Below, piece after piece: positions 18,765-29,050 of a DNA stretch of 64,000 nt. A model generated the notes under the pieces. The model searched no databases and had not been told where the DNA came from. It saw only the letters and a list, made by a program, of their open reading frames with translations. Made by a program: the position numbers and the translations under genes. Each line of letters starts with the position of its first letter. The first letter of the stretch is position 1. Origin of the DNA: Spirochaetia bacterium UBA2205 (GTDB lineage Bacteria; Spirochaetota; UBA4802; UB4802); assembly GCA_002328585.1 (NCBI GenBank), contig DCUV01000057.1, positions 7,679 through 71,678 on the forward strand, read 5' to 3'.

Positions 18765-19953
18765 AATCTCTTTCTTTTGATTCTTTTGAACCTTGCTTAG
18801 ATGGTGTAGTACCCATCTGAGCTTTTACATCATCCCCCTTGCCTACTGCCTTTAACGCTTTAAAAAATGCAGCAGCGGTTTCATATACTGCCTTATCAAC
18901 ACGATCGCGTATCTTTGCATTGTTATAATATTCATCATTCATTGCATCTTTAAACGGTTTGAAGAGCTTTTTCATATTGCCGCCCTTCATGTTATTTGAC
19001 AGGGCATACTCTTCCATCTTTTTCCACAGTTCCATTGATATGCCTTTATCAGGGTCTTTTTCGTACGTAGGACCTTTTTCAACTGCTACTCCATATTCAT
19101 CCATAGCTATCCCCCAGATAACGTTCTGCCACAGCGTACCAACATTAGCTTTAAAAATGCCATACCTGTAAAACTGCCCGACATCTTCAATGGATGTACC
19201 GGTGGTGCCATGCTGTGCAATACCAACACCCCATGGTGACATAGCCCGGTAGGTATTGTGAGTTAACTGTAGATCAATATTACCACGAACATTGCCATGA
19301 GTTGTTCCATTATTGATGGCAATTAAATCAGGGCATTGCCCCAATTTTGTCAATGCCTCTACAAGTGTCACTGCTTCACTTACCGAAGAATTGCCATGAG
19401 CGCCTCCAATTTCACCAACCTCAGATTCATACATTAAACCAGCTCGTATAACCTGCTCACTTAGCAATATGCTCAATGCAATATTCTGTTCCATCGGCAA
19501 AAATGAAACATCTATTGAAAATGAACCATATCCTGCTTCTATAGAAGCTTTTATTACCGCATCAGCTTTATCAAATGCTTTACGACTCACCTCCTGAACT
19601 GTTGTATGGTCTCTGTGGCATGTAAACGGCACTGCCTTTTCACCTGCATTGCCCATCTTGTCATTTAAGCTGACAACCAATTTAATAAAATCTGCAGGTG
19701 TAAGCCCTGTATAGCCACCTGAAAGATCGCTTTCTGAAAGTGCTAATTCATATATAACCGGTGCATTCAACTCCATCGATGCCTTTATAATGCCCGGAAT
19801 AGCAATTTCATGGCGTGTATTGACAGCCATAACTACCCAGTGGTTTCCTTCCTTCATTGCGGATTTTATGATTGATTTACCATTGACATGCATCACTTTT
19901 GAATCGGGAAATGCTTTTTTAAAGTTTTCTGGTCGTAAATCAAGAATGTTCAT
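18757..19953 (-). CDS. fba: Class II fructose/tagatose-bisphosphate aldolase
   Basis: HRDH, IDVS, ESEVGEIGG, NGTTHG, AQHGTTG, KANVGT. Confidence 0.8.
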   Translation of the reverse strand: MNILDLRPENFKKAFPDSKVMHVNGKSIIKSAMKEGNHWVVMAVNTRHEIAIPGIIKASMELNAPVIYELALSESDLSGGYTGLTPADFIKLVVSLNDKMGNAGEKAVPFTCHRDHTTVQEVSRKAFDKADAVIKASIEAGYGSFSIDVSFLPMEQNIALSILLSEQVIRAGLMYESEVGEIGGAHGNSSVSEAVTLVEALTKLGQCPDLIAINNGTTHGNVRGNIDLQLTHNTYRAMSPWGVGIAQHGTTGTSIEDVGQFYRYGIFKANVGTLWQNVIWGIAMDEYGVAVEKGPTYEKDPDKGISMELWKKMEEYALSNNMKGGNMKKLFKPFKDAMNDEYYNNAKIRDRVDKAVYETAAAFFKALKAVGKGDDVKAQMGTTPSKQGSKESKERDYE

Positions 19954-20256
19954 AGTCCCCCCTGATGTGTATTGTAATATTTTCTAATACCGTAATATTA
20001 TCAATTATTTATTCAAGTAAAATTTGCCGTGATAATTACATTTTTGCAAAAGATTGTATACTATAAAATATAACAAGTTATAGCTATACATGGAGTTATC
20101 CTATTACTGCATAATTATTTACTATATTATGAATTTTTGTAATATATTTGTAAACAGTACGTATAACATCAATTCTTCTGTTTAAAATTAAAATCATTTA
20201 TGATTCCCCTGCATTAAAAAGCTGATGTCAAGCAATTTGAGCGCCCCTCATCATAA

Positions 20257-20661
20257 TTAATGCATGTTATGATACTTTTCCATAAATGTCCGAGGATTAA
20301 TTATCATGGACTTTTTAATGATTTTTAATTCCAACAAATCTTTATCACCTGTTATAATTAAATCAGCATCAATATATTGAGCAAAATATAAAATATTATT
20401 ATCATCTTTATCTTTACATAAATCTGGTATTTCACCTTCAGGTTGAATAAAACGAAATGCAGTTAATAATAAATCCTTTACTTGCTTAAGTTCTTTTTTA
20501 GGAGTTTTAAATTTCGTATTTAATTTTTCAATTACTTCATTAACTATCCATTGAGAGATGAAAAGTTGATGCTTATCAATACAAATATCTATAACTCGAG
20601 AAGATAATCCTTGAGTAATAAAAGCAGATAAAATGACATCAGTATCTAACACAATTTTCAT
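20257..20661 (-). CDS. PIN-domain toxin (TIGR00305/PIN_3-like)
   Basis: MKIVLDTDV, C.D.DDN.IL, IITGDKDLL, NP. Confidence 0.9.
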   Translation of the reverse strand: MKIVLDTDVILSAFITQGLSSRVIDICIDKHQLFISQWIVNEVIEKLNTKFKTPKKELKQVKDLLLTAFRFIQPEGEIPDLCKDKDDNNILYFAQYIDADLIITGDKDLLELKIIKKSMIINPRTFMEKYHNMH

Positions 20662-20876
20662 GAAAAATCTTTAAATATGTCTTCATCAGTAAAATAACCT
20701 GCCTTTTCGCCAAAGGGTATCAACATTGATCTAATTTCTTGAAATTCCTCATGTAAGATATACTTTTCAATTGCGTTTTTGACTAATTCACTCTTTGAAA
20801 CATTAAATTTTTCAGCAGCTTTTTCGACTTTTTCTTTTAATTTTGAGTCAATACTTATTGTTAATATTTCTCTCAT
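20658..20876 (-). CDS. Ribbon-helix-helix (CopG-like) antitoxin
   Basis: LTISID...VSKSELVKNAIEKY; ATGA overlap with the PIN gene; start placed at ATG 20876. Confidence 0.85.
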   Translation of the reverse strand: MREILTISIDSKLKEKVEKAAEKFNVSKSELVKNAIEKYILHEEFQEIRSMLIPFGEKAGYFTDEDIFKDFS

Positions 20877-20907
20877 ATACTTCACCAGTTTAAATAATTT
20901 ATAGTTC

Positions 20908-20936
20908 AGTGTAATAAATAATATTACAGAAGTAAA
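20908..20936 (-). promoter_or_regulatory. TA promoter with overlapping palindromic operator
   Basis: Minus strand TTTACT-N17-TACACT; TGTAATA-N5-TATTACA inverted repeat at 20910-20928. Confidence 0.65.
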
Positions 20937-21114
20937 TAAATATTTTGTTTTGGAAGATATTATAGCTGGTTTTACAATCTTACTGTGCGGCGTAGGCATT
21001 CAGTTGTTAGGATTATAAACATTGAATTACATCACGGTTATAATCCTGGAAAAATTTTTTCAAAACAGCATCAAACATTTGTCAGGAAACAAATGAATAT
21101 GAAATGGGGTGCTA

Positions 21115-22245
21115 TTATTCATCTTTTTTTATATTATCCTTCCTGAATTGATTTGGCGATACACCTGTCATCTTAGAAAAAACCGTACAAAAAGTTGTAT
21201 TGGAATTGGACCCAACCGCAAAACCAATTGAAATGATTGAACGATCTGGTTCATCAACTAAAAGCTTTTGAGCCTCTTTTACCCTGAATTCATTCACAAA
21301 TGTATTAAAATTTTTCTTTATATGCTCATTTAAAATTTCAGAAAGCTGATGTACTGTTATACCTAAATCACGTGCCAGGTCGGGCAGGCTAAGCTCTTCA
21401 TCGGCAAATGCTTTTTCATCTATCATTATCTCATAAAGCCGTTGTATAACCCTGTCAACATCCAATCCTTTGATTCGTGAACGCTCATAACGTGCTTTTA
21501 AGGCTTCATTCTTTAGCAACTTATTATAATCAGGAAGACGCTGTGTTACCAGATATACAAACGTCATGGCTGTATTTGCTAAAATTACTGCCCACTCCAC
21601 TACTTTTAACGATATAAACACTCCTATAACATATACAATATTTGAAACAACTATTGACATCGCAAAGATGTATCCCCAGCGTGAAACGCCTGGTACTTTG
21701 TTCCAATTGCTCTTTTTCCATATATACGACGTCATAAAAAGGTTCTGTGACATAAATGATATGAGATAGATATTGGGGAAGATAAAAAATAAGTACAATA
21801 CTGTATCGTAAAGCGATAGTTCATTAAATGTATGGCTAAAAATTGGCAATGCAGGAAAACAGGTATATCCGCAGTCACTATCGACAAAAAATTGAATTAT
21901 AATATATAATAACGAAACTACTACTGGTGAAAATAAGAGGTAATATTTTTTTTGAAAATTGAACAAACTTGACATTATCCATGTATACCGTATTACCATA
22001 AGCGGTGGAACGGTAAATACAATGGGTATGGAAAAGATACACACATAGTAACCAACGGCAGTGCTATCAAATAACCCTGAAGAAAATATGGAAATCTGTA
22101 ATAACCAAATCCCCAATCCTAAAAATGAAAATGCATAAATCCTGTTAATGGTTTCACTTTTCTTTTGTAAAAGCTGACCTATAGCAATGATTAGCGAAAA
22201 CGCAGCGCCATAAAACATAAAAAAATGTAAAATAGACTCGCTCAT
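21115..22245 (-). CDS. Membrane-anchored AraC-family regulator (multi-TM N-terminus)
   Basis: About 6-7 hydrophobic segments; C-terminal LSL.DLA..LGI..HQLS..LN...F..FVN.FRV...VG.NS..TF...F.K.TG.SP..FR. Confidence 0.9.
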   Translation of the reverse strand: MSESILHFFMFYGAAFSLIIAIGQLLQKKSETINRIYAFSFLGLGIWLLQISIFSSGLFDSTAVGYYVCIFSIPIVFTVPPLMVIRYTWIMSSLFNFQKKYYLLFSPVVVSLLYIIIQFFVDSDCGYTCFPALPIFSHTFNELSLYDTVLYLFFIFPNIYLISFMSQNLFMTSYIWKKSNWNKVPGVSRWGYIFAMSIVVSNIVYVIGVFISLKVVEWAVILANTAMTFVYLVTQRLPDYNKLLKNEALKARYERSRIKGLDVDRVIQRLYEIMIDEKAFADEELSLPDLARDLGITVHQLSEILNEHIKKNFNTFVNEFRVKEAQKLLVDEPDRSIISIGFAVGSNSNTTFCTVFSKMTGVSPNQFRKDNIKKDE

Positions 22246-22290
22246 ATATTACTCAAAATTATATAGTTATAACATTGAAATATAGCGCAA

Positions 22291-22312
22291 TTTCAAGTGT
22301 ATACACTTGAAA
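22291..22312. promoter_or_regulatory. Perfect 22-bp palindrome, candidate operator
   Basis: TTTCAAGTGTA|TACACTTGAAA between the divergent araC and acyl-CoA ligase genes. Confidence 0.6.
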
Positions 22313-22411
22313 GATTTTACGCATAAAATTTGATATAATTATGACAGTTATTAAATACCATCCAGTCGAAATAATTGACATGGGTGGAATGAAACTATCG
22401 GAGGTAATTAT

Positions 22412-24253
22412 ATGGCTCAGCATGAAAATGTCAATTATGAAAAAGAATTTGAAGAATATTTAAAACGCCAGAAGCACCTGGGACTGATGGCGCTTGATCG
22501 TGCTGAAAAGTTTGGTGATTCAAAGATCGCAGTGCGCCATAAAGCGTATGGCACATGGGAAGCATTTACATGGAAGCAGTTTGGTGATTTAATAAAAGCT
22601 GCTGCAAAAGGTTTGCTATCTCTGGGCGTTAAGGAGTTTGAATTTGTTGGTATTTTTTCAAACAACAGGGTTGAATGGGCTGTTGTAGATTATGCATGTT
22701 TTACCATCAGGGCATGTTCTGTACCGGTGTATGCTACCAACTCAGCCAAAGAATTGGAATATATTGTCAATGATTGTGGTATCCGGATTCTTTTTGTTGA
22801 AAAACAGGAACACTATGACAAGGCAATGAGTGTATTTGGCAATTGCAAAACGCTGGAAAAGATTATAGTGTTTGATAGAAATACTAAAATAGTCAACGAT
22901 AATAGAGTAATGCTCTTTGATGATTTTATTCAATTAGGGAAAAATTCTGGATTGGATACTCAGCTAAAGGAGCGATTATCAAAAGTACAGAGTGATGATC
23001 TTTCCACCCTGATTTATACATCAGGAACTACCGGCGAACCAAAAGGGGTTATGCTTACCCATAAAAATTGGTTTGCAATGCTGTTTGGTACAGGATACCA
23101 TATTACCGTTGAACCCACTGACGTGAACCTTGCATTTTTGCCATTATCACATGTTTTTGAGCGTGCATGGAGTTATTTTATATTGTGCAACAATGCGCAG
23201 GTTGATTATTGCCACGATACGAAAGCATTACTGGATTTTCTTAAAGAATCACGTCCCCATTTCATGTGCAGCGTTCCACGAATGTGGGAAAAAGTTCATG
23301 CCACCATTATGGATGGTATTAAAAATTCGCCACCTGCTAAACAAAAGATATTCAACTGGGCTCTTGAGGTTGGCGGCAACTATCAGTATTTAAAAAAAGA
23401 TAATAAATCCATCCCAATAGGATTGAAGCTTAAACATGCCATAGCCACCAAACTTGTACTGCATAAAATCAGAGATATTTTTGGTGGAAGGAATAAAGTA
23501 TTTAATTGCGGTGGCTCTGCTTTTTCTGGTGAAATCAGCGAATTTTTCTTCAAAGCAGGGGTATTCATTTTACAGGGATATGGTTTAACCGAATGTTTTG
23601 TGATATGTGTATCCAATCCGCATCGTAATAAATTTGGAACCTGTGGCCCGGTTGTTCCCCTGATGCAGGTACGAATATCAGATGAAGGCGAGATACAGGC
23701 TAAAGGCCCCAGCATGACACAGGGATATTGGAATAAACCAGAACTTACAAAAGCCCTTTTTACCAAAGATGGATGGGTAAAAACCGGAGATGTTGGATTT
23801 ATTGACAGCGATGGATTTATTACAGTAACCGACCGACTTAAAGATCTATTCAAAACCTCAGGTGGTAAATACATAGCTCCTCAGCAAATTGAAACCTTAC
23901 TCAATGAAGATTTCTATTTTGAACAGGTTGCTGCGATCGGTGATGGCAGAAAATTTGTATCTGCATTAATTGTGCCTGCCTTTGAGCCACTTAAAAATTG
24001 GGCTAAAAGTAAAAATATTCCATTTGCATCACATGAAGACCTTATCAAGCATCCTGCAGTCATACAATTCTATCGCGAAAGGATTGATGAACTAACCAAA
24101 AATTTAGGGCAGGTTGAAAAAATTAAGAAGTTTACTTTACTTCCCCATGAATTTACTCAGGAAAAAGGCGAAATAACACCAACGCAAAAGATACGCAGAA
24201 AAGTAATCAACGAGCATTACAAAGATATCATTGAACAGATGTACAAAGATTAA
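22412..24253 (+). CDS. Long-chain acyl-CoA synthetase (FAA1-like)
   Basis: IYTSGTTGEPKG, FLPLSHVFER, QGYGLTE, KTGD.G, DR.KDL.KTSGGK, TPTQK; RBS GGAGG. Confidence 0.93.
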   Translation: MAQHENVNYEKEFEEYLKRQKHLGLMALDRAEKFGDSKIAVRHKAYGTWEAFTWKQFGDLIKAAAKGLLSLGVKEFEFVGIFSNNRVEWAVVDYACFTIRACSVPVYATNSAKELEYIVNDCGIRILFVEKQEHYDKAMSVFGNCKTLEKIIVFDRNTKIVNDNRVMLFDDFIQLGKNSGLDTQLKERLSKVQSDDLSTLIYTSGTTGEPKGVMLTHKNWFAMLFGTGYHITVEPTDVNLAFLPLSHVFERAWSYFILCNNAQVDYCHDTKALLDFLKESRPHFMCSVPRMWEKVHATIMDGIKNSPPAKQKIFNWALEVGGNYQYLKKDNKSIPIGLKLKHAIATKLVLHKIRDIFGGRNKVFNCGGSAFSGEISEFFFKAGVFILQGYGLTECFVICVSNPHRNKFGTCGPVVPLMQVRISDEGEIQAKGPSMTQGYWNKPELTKALFTKDGWVKTGDVGFIDSDGFITVTDRLKDLFKTSGGKYIAPQQIETLLNEDFYFEQVAAIGDGRKFVSALIVPAFEPLKNWAKSKNIPFASHEDLIKHPAVIQFYRERIDELTKNLGQVEKIKKFTLLPHEFTQEKGEITPTQKIRRKVINEHYKDIIEQMYKD

Positions 24254-24262
24254 CATATTTTT

Positions 24263-24294
24263 AAAAAAGCTCCTGTATAAGCAGGGGCTTTTTT
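24263..24294 (+). terminator. Intrinsic terminator
   Basis: AAAAAAGCTCCTG-tataag-CAGGGGCTTTTTT. Confidence 0.85.
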
Positions 24295-24335
24295 ATTGTG
24301 AATATATCCAATCTCCTATTATATTATAAATACAT

Positions 24336-24364
24336 TGACATATTTATTTTTTTACTGTATAGTT
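24336..24364 (+). promoter_or_regulatory. sigma70 promoter
   Basis: TTGACA-N17-TATAGT with TG extension; the ORF-track start falls at this -35 box. Confidence 0.7.
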
Positions 24365-24394
24365 ATTGACATCTTAATAGCGTATCTTAACGTT

Positions 24395-25267
24395 ATGAAT
24401 ATTAACATCTATACATTGGATGAAATTTCCAAAACCTATGAAAATATAGAGGACCATCTCTCTACACGGCAGATTATCCGTAAATTTTCACAAAACAAAA
24501 ATGATATCCGGTTACTATCGCTTGAACTATGTAACCTTTCACACTACAACAATATTTTAGATTTAGGGTGCGGTTATGGCTTTTTTACTGAAGCGCTCAG
24601 CAATCGCATAGCTTCAGACGCTCATATAACAGGTGTTGATGTCATTGGCGGTGAAAATAAACGCATGTTTTTATCAACCTGTGCACAAAGCGGATACAAT
24701 GCACAATTTATAGAAGATTCTGCACATATAATCTGCAACATTCCTGATAAAACATACGATTGTATTATCGCAAGTTATTCACTGTACTTTTTCCCTGATT
24801 TAATAAACCACATCGCTCGTATCCTTACAAAAGATGGAACATTTTTAGCACTTACCCATAGTGAATTAACCCTTTCACAAATCACATCCATTTTTATCGA
24901 AAGTATTCGCCATATTGTACCGCTAAGCGATAGTTCTCTTCATATAGCAAAATTATTTAAATCATTTTCTGCTGAAAATGGTTTTGTGCAGCTTCAACCA
25001 TACTTTGATTATATTATGTATCTGAGATATCCCAATAATCTTATATTTAAATCTTCTGACATTGACCACTGTATAAGCTATATACACAAAAAACAATATT
25101 TGTTTTTCAAGGATATTGCTTTATTGGATAGTGACGAACATGATGCATTGATCAATGATTTTTATAATCGTTTGAGATGGCATGTATCATCATATAAAGA
25201 TTTTATTGTTAACAAGGATGACGCAATATTTATTGCTCGCAATCCCGTTAAGCAAATTAATGAATAA
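24395..25267 (+). CDS. Class I SAM-dependent methyltransferase
   Basis: ILDLGCGYG, GVD, YDCI.ASYSLY, RIL...G.F; start placed at ATG ~24395. Confidence 0.85.
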   Translation: MNINIYTLDEISKTYENIEDHLSTRQIIRKFSQNKNDIRLLSLELCNLSHYNNILDLGCGYGFFTEALSNRIASDAHITGVDVIGGENKRMFLSTCAQSGYNAQFIEDSAHIICNIPDKTYDCIIASYSLYFFPDLINHIARILTKDGTFLALTHSELTLSQITSIFIESIRHIVPLSDSSLHIAKLFKSFSAENGFVQLQPYFDYIMYLRYPNNLIFKSSDIDHCISYIHKKQYLFFKDIALLDSDEHDALINDFYNRLRWHVSSYKDFIVNKDDAIFIARNPVKQINE

Positions 25268-25374
25268 TTTTATTGATGGTACAATACGTGTAAAATTGAT
25301 AGTGAATAAAAAGCAATAAAAAAGGTATTATACCATGGTGAAGTATATTTTGTCTTTTTATAAGGAACTCAATT

Positions 25375-26376
25375 ATGAAGAAAAAACGCATCTACTGTAG
25401 CTTTTGCGGTGCACCCATAACTACTCGTTTTATTGATGAAAAATATCGTGATCACTGCGATAATTGCAACACTACATTCTATGAAAATCCGCTTCCTGTT
25501 GCATCATGTATTGTCATTAATAAAAACCGTGAAGTACTTCTAGTGCTAAGGAAAAATGAACCATATAAAGATATGTGGTGTTTACCAATTGGGTTTGCTG
25601 AATCCGGAGAATCAATTGAACAGGCAGCTCTGCGCGAATTAAAAGAAGAAGCAGGTGTTAATGGTGAGATAGTTCGTATTATTGATGTTGATACTGTATC
25701 AAACTACTTTTACGGTGATTTAGCAATCATAACATTTGAGGTAATACAGCTTTCTGAAACATGTAAACCAGGTGATGATGCTGCTGATGCAAAATTTTTT
25801 CCCATGGATAATTACCCGCAACTGGCATGGGAATCAAACGAAAAAGCTTTGAATAAATTTATTGATTTATATAAAGATATATGGACAATGATTGATTCAT
25901 TAAAAATTATTCAACCTGATATAATCACCCATCATGATATCCCCAAAGAGAAATCAAAACAATATACGTTAATTTCCAATATTATTGCTTTTATGATTGA
26001 TGATGAAATTGAATTGTTTACCAAACAGTGGAAAAGTGAAATGCCCCATTTTAATGATAATATTTTTCATTTTTTACTTTCTATACATCAGATGTCATTA
26101 CATACAATCAAGCTATGGCTAACCGGCAATAGAATATGGAAAAATTTCAGAGAATTTTATATAATGGGGACATACTTAAAAAAAGAAAATATATCCTTAA
26201 AGGATATTTTGAGTGCAATAGCTCTTAGCAGAAAATGTATCTGGATTCAGGCAATAGAAAAAAACATTTTGCACTCACCACTGGAAGTATACACAATGCT
26301 GGAGATTAATAACAGGATTATTCTTTTTTATGACAAGATTACCTATTTCCTTATTAAGGGATATGAACATTTATAG
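25375..26376 (+). CDS. Zn-ribbon NUDIX hydrolase with C-terminal helical (RsbRD_N/globin-like?) domain
   Basis: CxxC..CxxC, YENP, Nudix box GFAESGESIEQAALRELKEEAG; ~165-aa helical tail. Confidence 0.85.
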   Translation: MKKKRIYCSFCGAPITTRFIDEKYRDHCDNCNTTFYENPLPVASCIVINKNREVLLVLRKNEPYKDMWCLPIGFAESGESIEQAALRELKEEAGVNGEIVRIIDVDTVSNYFYGDLAIITFEVIQLSETCKPGDDAADAKFFPMDNYPQLAWESNEKALNKFIDLYKDIWTMIDSLKIIQPDIITHHDIPKEKSKQYTLISNIIAFMIDDEIELFTKQWKSEMPHFNDNIFHFLLSIHQMSLHTIKLWLTGNRIWKNFREFYIMGTYLKKENISLKDILSAIALSRKCIWIQAIEKNILHSPLEVYTMLEINNRIILFYDKITYFLIKGYEHL

Positions 26377-26384
26377 ACTACTAT

Positions 26385-26415
26385 ACACAGGGCATCCAAT
26401 TAGAATGCCCTGTGT
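26385..26415. terminator. Hairpin terminator between convergent genes
   Basis: ACACAGGGCAT-N9-ATGCCCTGTGT. Confidence 0.7.
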
Positions 26416-26422
26416 TACTATT

Positions 26423-28501
26423 TTATGCTGATTGTCTTCGTTTTTTTTCTTTGATTTTTGCAAGCACCTTCTCCTGCATCTCTTTTGGCAACGCTACATA
26501 TTTATCAAATTCCATTGCATAATTTGCCCTTCCACTTGAAAGGCTTCGTAATGTTGTTGCATACCCAAACATCTCCATGAGTGGAACAAAACCATTGACC
26601 TTTTGGGCACCTTTTCTAAAACGACGCATTGATTCTACTTTACCTCTTCGCCTATTCAAATCGCCAATAACATCACCTATATATTCATCAGGAGTGTTAA
26701 TTTCAATCTTCATCTGAGGTTCAAGTAAAAGAGGTTTAGCTTTCATAAATGCATCTTTAAAACATATAGATGCACATGTTCTAAACGCCATATCAGATGA
26801 ATCAACCGGGTGGAAACTACCATCAAGCAACACAACCCTGACATCAACAACAGGAAAATCAGCTAGTATGCCTTCTTCCATTGCTGCATGTATTCCCTTT
26901 TGTATTGAAGGAATAAATTCATTGGGTATTGCTCCACCTTTTATATGATCTAAAAATTCATATCCTTTCCCGGGATTTGGTTCTATTCGCATAACACAAT
27001 GTGCATACTGACCCTTACCACCGGTTTGCTTAACAAATTTTGTTTCCTGTTCTGCTTCAGCAGTTATTGTTTCTCGGAATGCAACGGAAGGCTCGCCAAC
27101 CTGTACATTAAGCCCAAATTCTTCTTTGAGCCTGTCAACCATAATCTCTAAATGGAGTTCACCCATCCCTGATATTATCGTTTCACCCGTTTCTTCGTCA
27201 ACGCGTACATTAAATGATGGATCTTCAACTGCTAATTTATGAAGAGCTATCCCCAGCTTTTCTTCTTCTTTTTTAGAAGCAGGCATAACCTGTAAATCAA
27301 TAACTGATGGCGGAACATATATCGATTCAAGCAACAGCGGATAATTTGTATCACAGAGTGTATCGCCTGTTTTGGTAAATTTAAGTCCTATTAAAGCAAC
27401 TATCTCACCTGCTCCCGCTTCTGAAATTTCTTCTCGTTCTTTTGCATGTATTCGCATGATACGCCCAATACGCTCATATTTACCCTTGGTAGAGTTATAT
27501 ACCTGCATGCCACTTTGTAATTTTCCTGAATATATACGTATGAATGTTTGCTGACCGACATAGAGATCGTTAATCAGTTTAAATGCCAATGCAGCAAATG
27601 GCTCATGTGTTGAAGGGTGACGCGTATGAGTTTTTTCAGGATCATTAACATCAATACCAACTATCGCTCCACTATCAACAGGAGATGGAAGATAATCAAC
27701 AACTGCATCAAGCAAAAGTTGAATGCCTTTATTTTTATATGCAGCACCACAAAATACAGGCGTGATGAGCATCTTTAATGTAGCTTCACGGGCTGTCTTT
27801 TTTATCAGTTCAGATGGTATCTCTTTTTCTGCAAGATAAAGCTCCATGATCTCATCATCAAAATCAGCCAGCTTTTCAATAATATGTTTACGAGCTTCCT
27901 TTGCTTTTCCTTTATAATCATCTGGTATATCCACAATCAACCGCTCGTTTTCCCTGAAAACTATCGCCCGTTGCTCAACAAGATCAATGCAACCATTAAA
28001 ATTGTCTTCAACACCAATGGGAACCTGGAATGGAACAGGATTTGCATCAAGATATCTATCCATCTGAGAAACAACTTCGTAAAAGTCAGCACCAACTCTA
28101 TCCATTTTATTGATAAACGCAATTCGCGGAACCTTATATCTATCAGCTTGATTCCATACAGTTTCACTCTGAGGCTCTACACCACCAACAGCGCAAAATA
28201 CAGCAATGAGCCCATCAATAACACGCAGAGAACGTTCCACTTCAACCGTAAAATCAACGTGCCCTGGTGTATCAATGATATTTATGTTATGATCGTTCCA
28301 TTGACATGATATGGAAGCCGAAGAAATGGTAATACCACGCTCCTGCTCCTGCTTCATAAAATCCATCACAGCCTGCCCATCATGAACCTCGCCTAATTTT
28401 CTGGTAACACCCGTAAAATATAAAATGCGCTCGGTTACAGTTGTTTTACCTGCATCGATATGTGCAGCAATTCCAATATTTCTAATTTTACGCAACGGCA
28501 T
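26423..28501 (-). CDS. fusA: Elongation factor G (copy outside the str operon)
   Basis: [53 protein letters not shown]. Confidence 0.95.
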   Translation of the reverse strand: MPLRKIRNIGIAAHIDAGKTTVTERILYFTGVTRKLGEVHDGQAVMDFMKQEQERGITISSASISCQWNDHNINIIDTPGHVDFTVEVERSLRVIDGLIAVFCAVGGVEPQSETVWNQADRYKVPRIAFINKMDRVGADFYEVVSQMDRYLDANPVPFQVPIGVEDNFNGCIDLVEQRAIVFRENERLIVDIPDDYKGKAKEARKHIIEKLADFDDEIMELYLAEKEIPSELIKKTAREATLKMLITPVFCGAAYKNKGIQLLLDAVVDYLPSPVDSGAIVGIDVNDPEKTHTRHPSTHEPFAALAFKLINDLYVGQQTFIRIYSGKLQSGMQVYNSTKGKYERIGRIMRIHAKEREEISEAGAGEIVALIGLKFTKTGDTLCDTNYPLLLESIYVPPSVIDLQVMPASKKEEEKLGIALHKLAVEDPSFNVRVDEETGETIISGMGELHLEIMVDRLKEEFGLNVQVGEPSVAFRETITAEAEQETKFVKQTGGKGQYAHCVMRIEPNPGKGYEFLDHIKGGAIPNEFIPSIQKGIHAAMEEGILADFPVVDVRVVLLDGSFHPVDSSDMAFRTCASICFKDAFMKAKPLLLEPQMKIEINTPDEYIGDVIGDLNRRRGKVESMRRFRKGAQKVNGFVPLMEMFGYATTLRSLSSGRANYAMEFDKYVALPKEMQEKVLAKIKEKKRRQSA

Positions 28502-29050
28502 ATTTTGCTCCTTATAAACTATAAAATATCTATCAGCAAAATTATTTTAAGCTGACCATTAAAACCAGCAGTAAATAAATTGATAGCTTTTTATTTAACC
28601 AGAGGAAGTACCACTACACTATGGTTGGTCATGGTTATAAAGATAGCAAACATGTCAACATTTTAAAAATTTTTTTTATATTTTTAAATAAAACTTACTA
28701 TTTTATGAAATAACCACCCATTATGACAAATTTACAATAATACTGGTGGCGATAGTTACTCATAATGTATCTTTTTTATTCAACCACTGTATTTTGTAAA
28801 ACAATGCAGTTATTAGAAATTCCATTGTAAGTGTTCAGCTACTTGAAAACAAAGCCATAGTAAACCATTCACCCTTGAGAATTTGTTCAGATTAATCAAT
28901 ACCTTTTGAGTAATCCATTGAATAAACTCTGCCAACAGATTTATAGTAAAAATTTTCTGCTTGAAAAATTTTAGCTGAGTAACTAAAAACTTAATATTTC
29001 ATAACTGTAGCAAAGGATACTCACCATCACCTTTTCAGGAGGGAACATAT

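Noticed and set aside
20877-20999. N-terminal extension of the antitoxin ORF; likewise the track starts at 24335, 35698, 52590 and 61005
   Set aside because: The extensions overlap promoters or upstream genes; domain homology and RBS point to downstream ATGs
25375-26376. NUDIX as the dedicated ADT hydrolase for the Thi4 pathway
   Set aside because: About 20 kb from the thi operon, not under the riboswitch, and no sequence evidence for specificity
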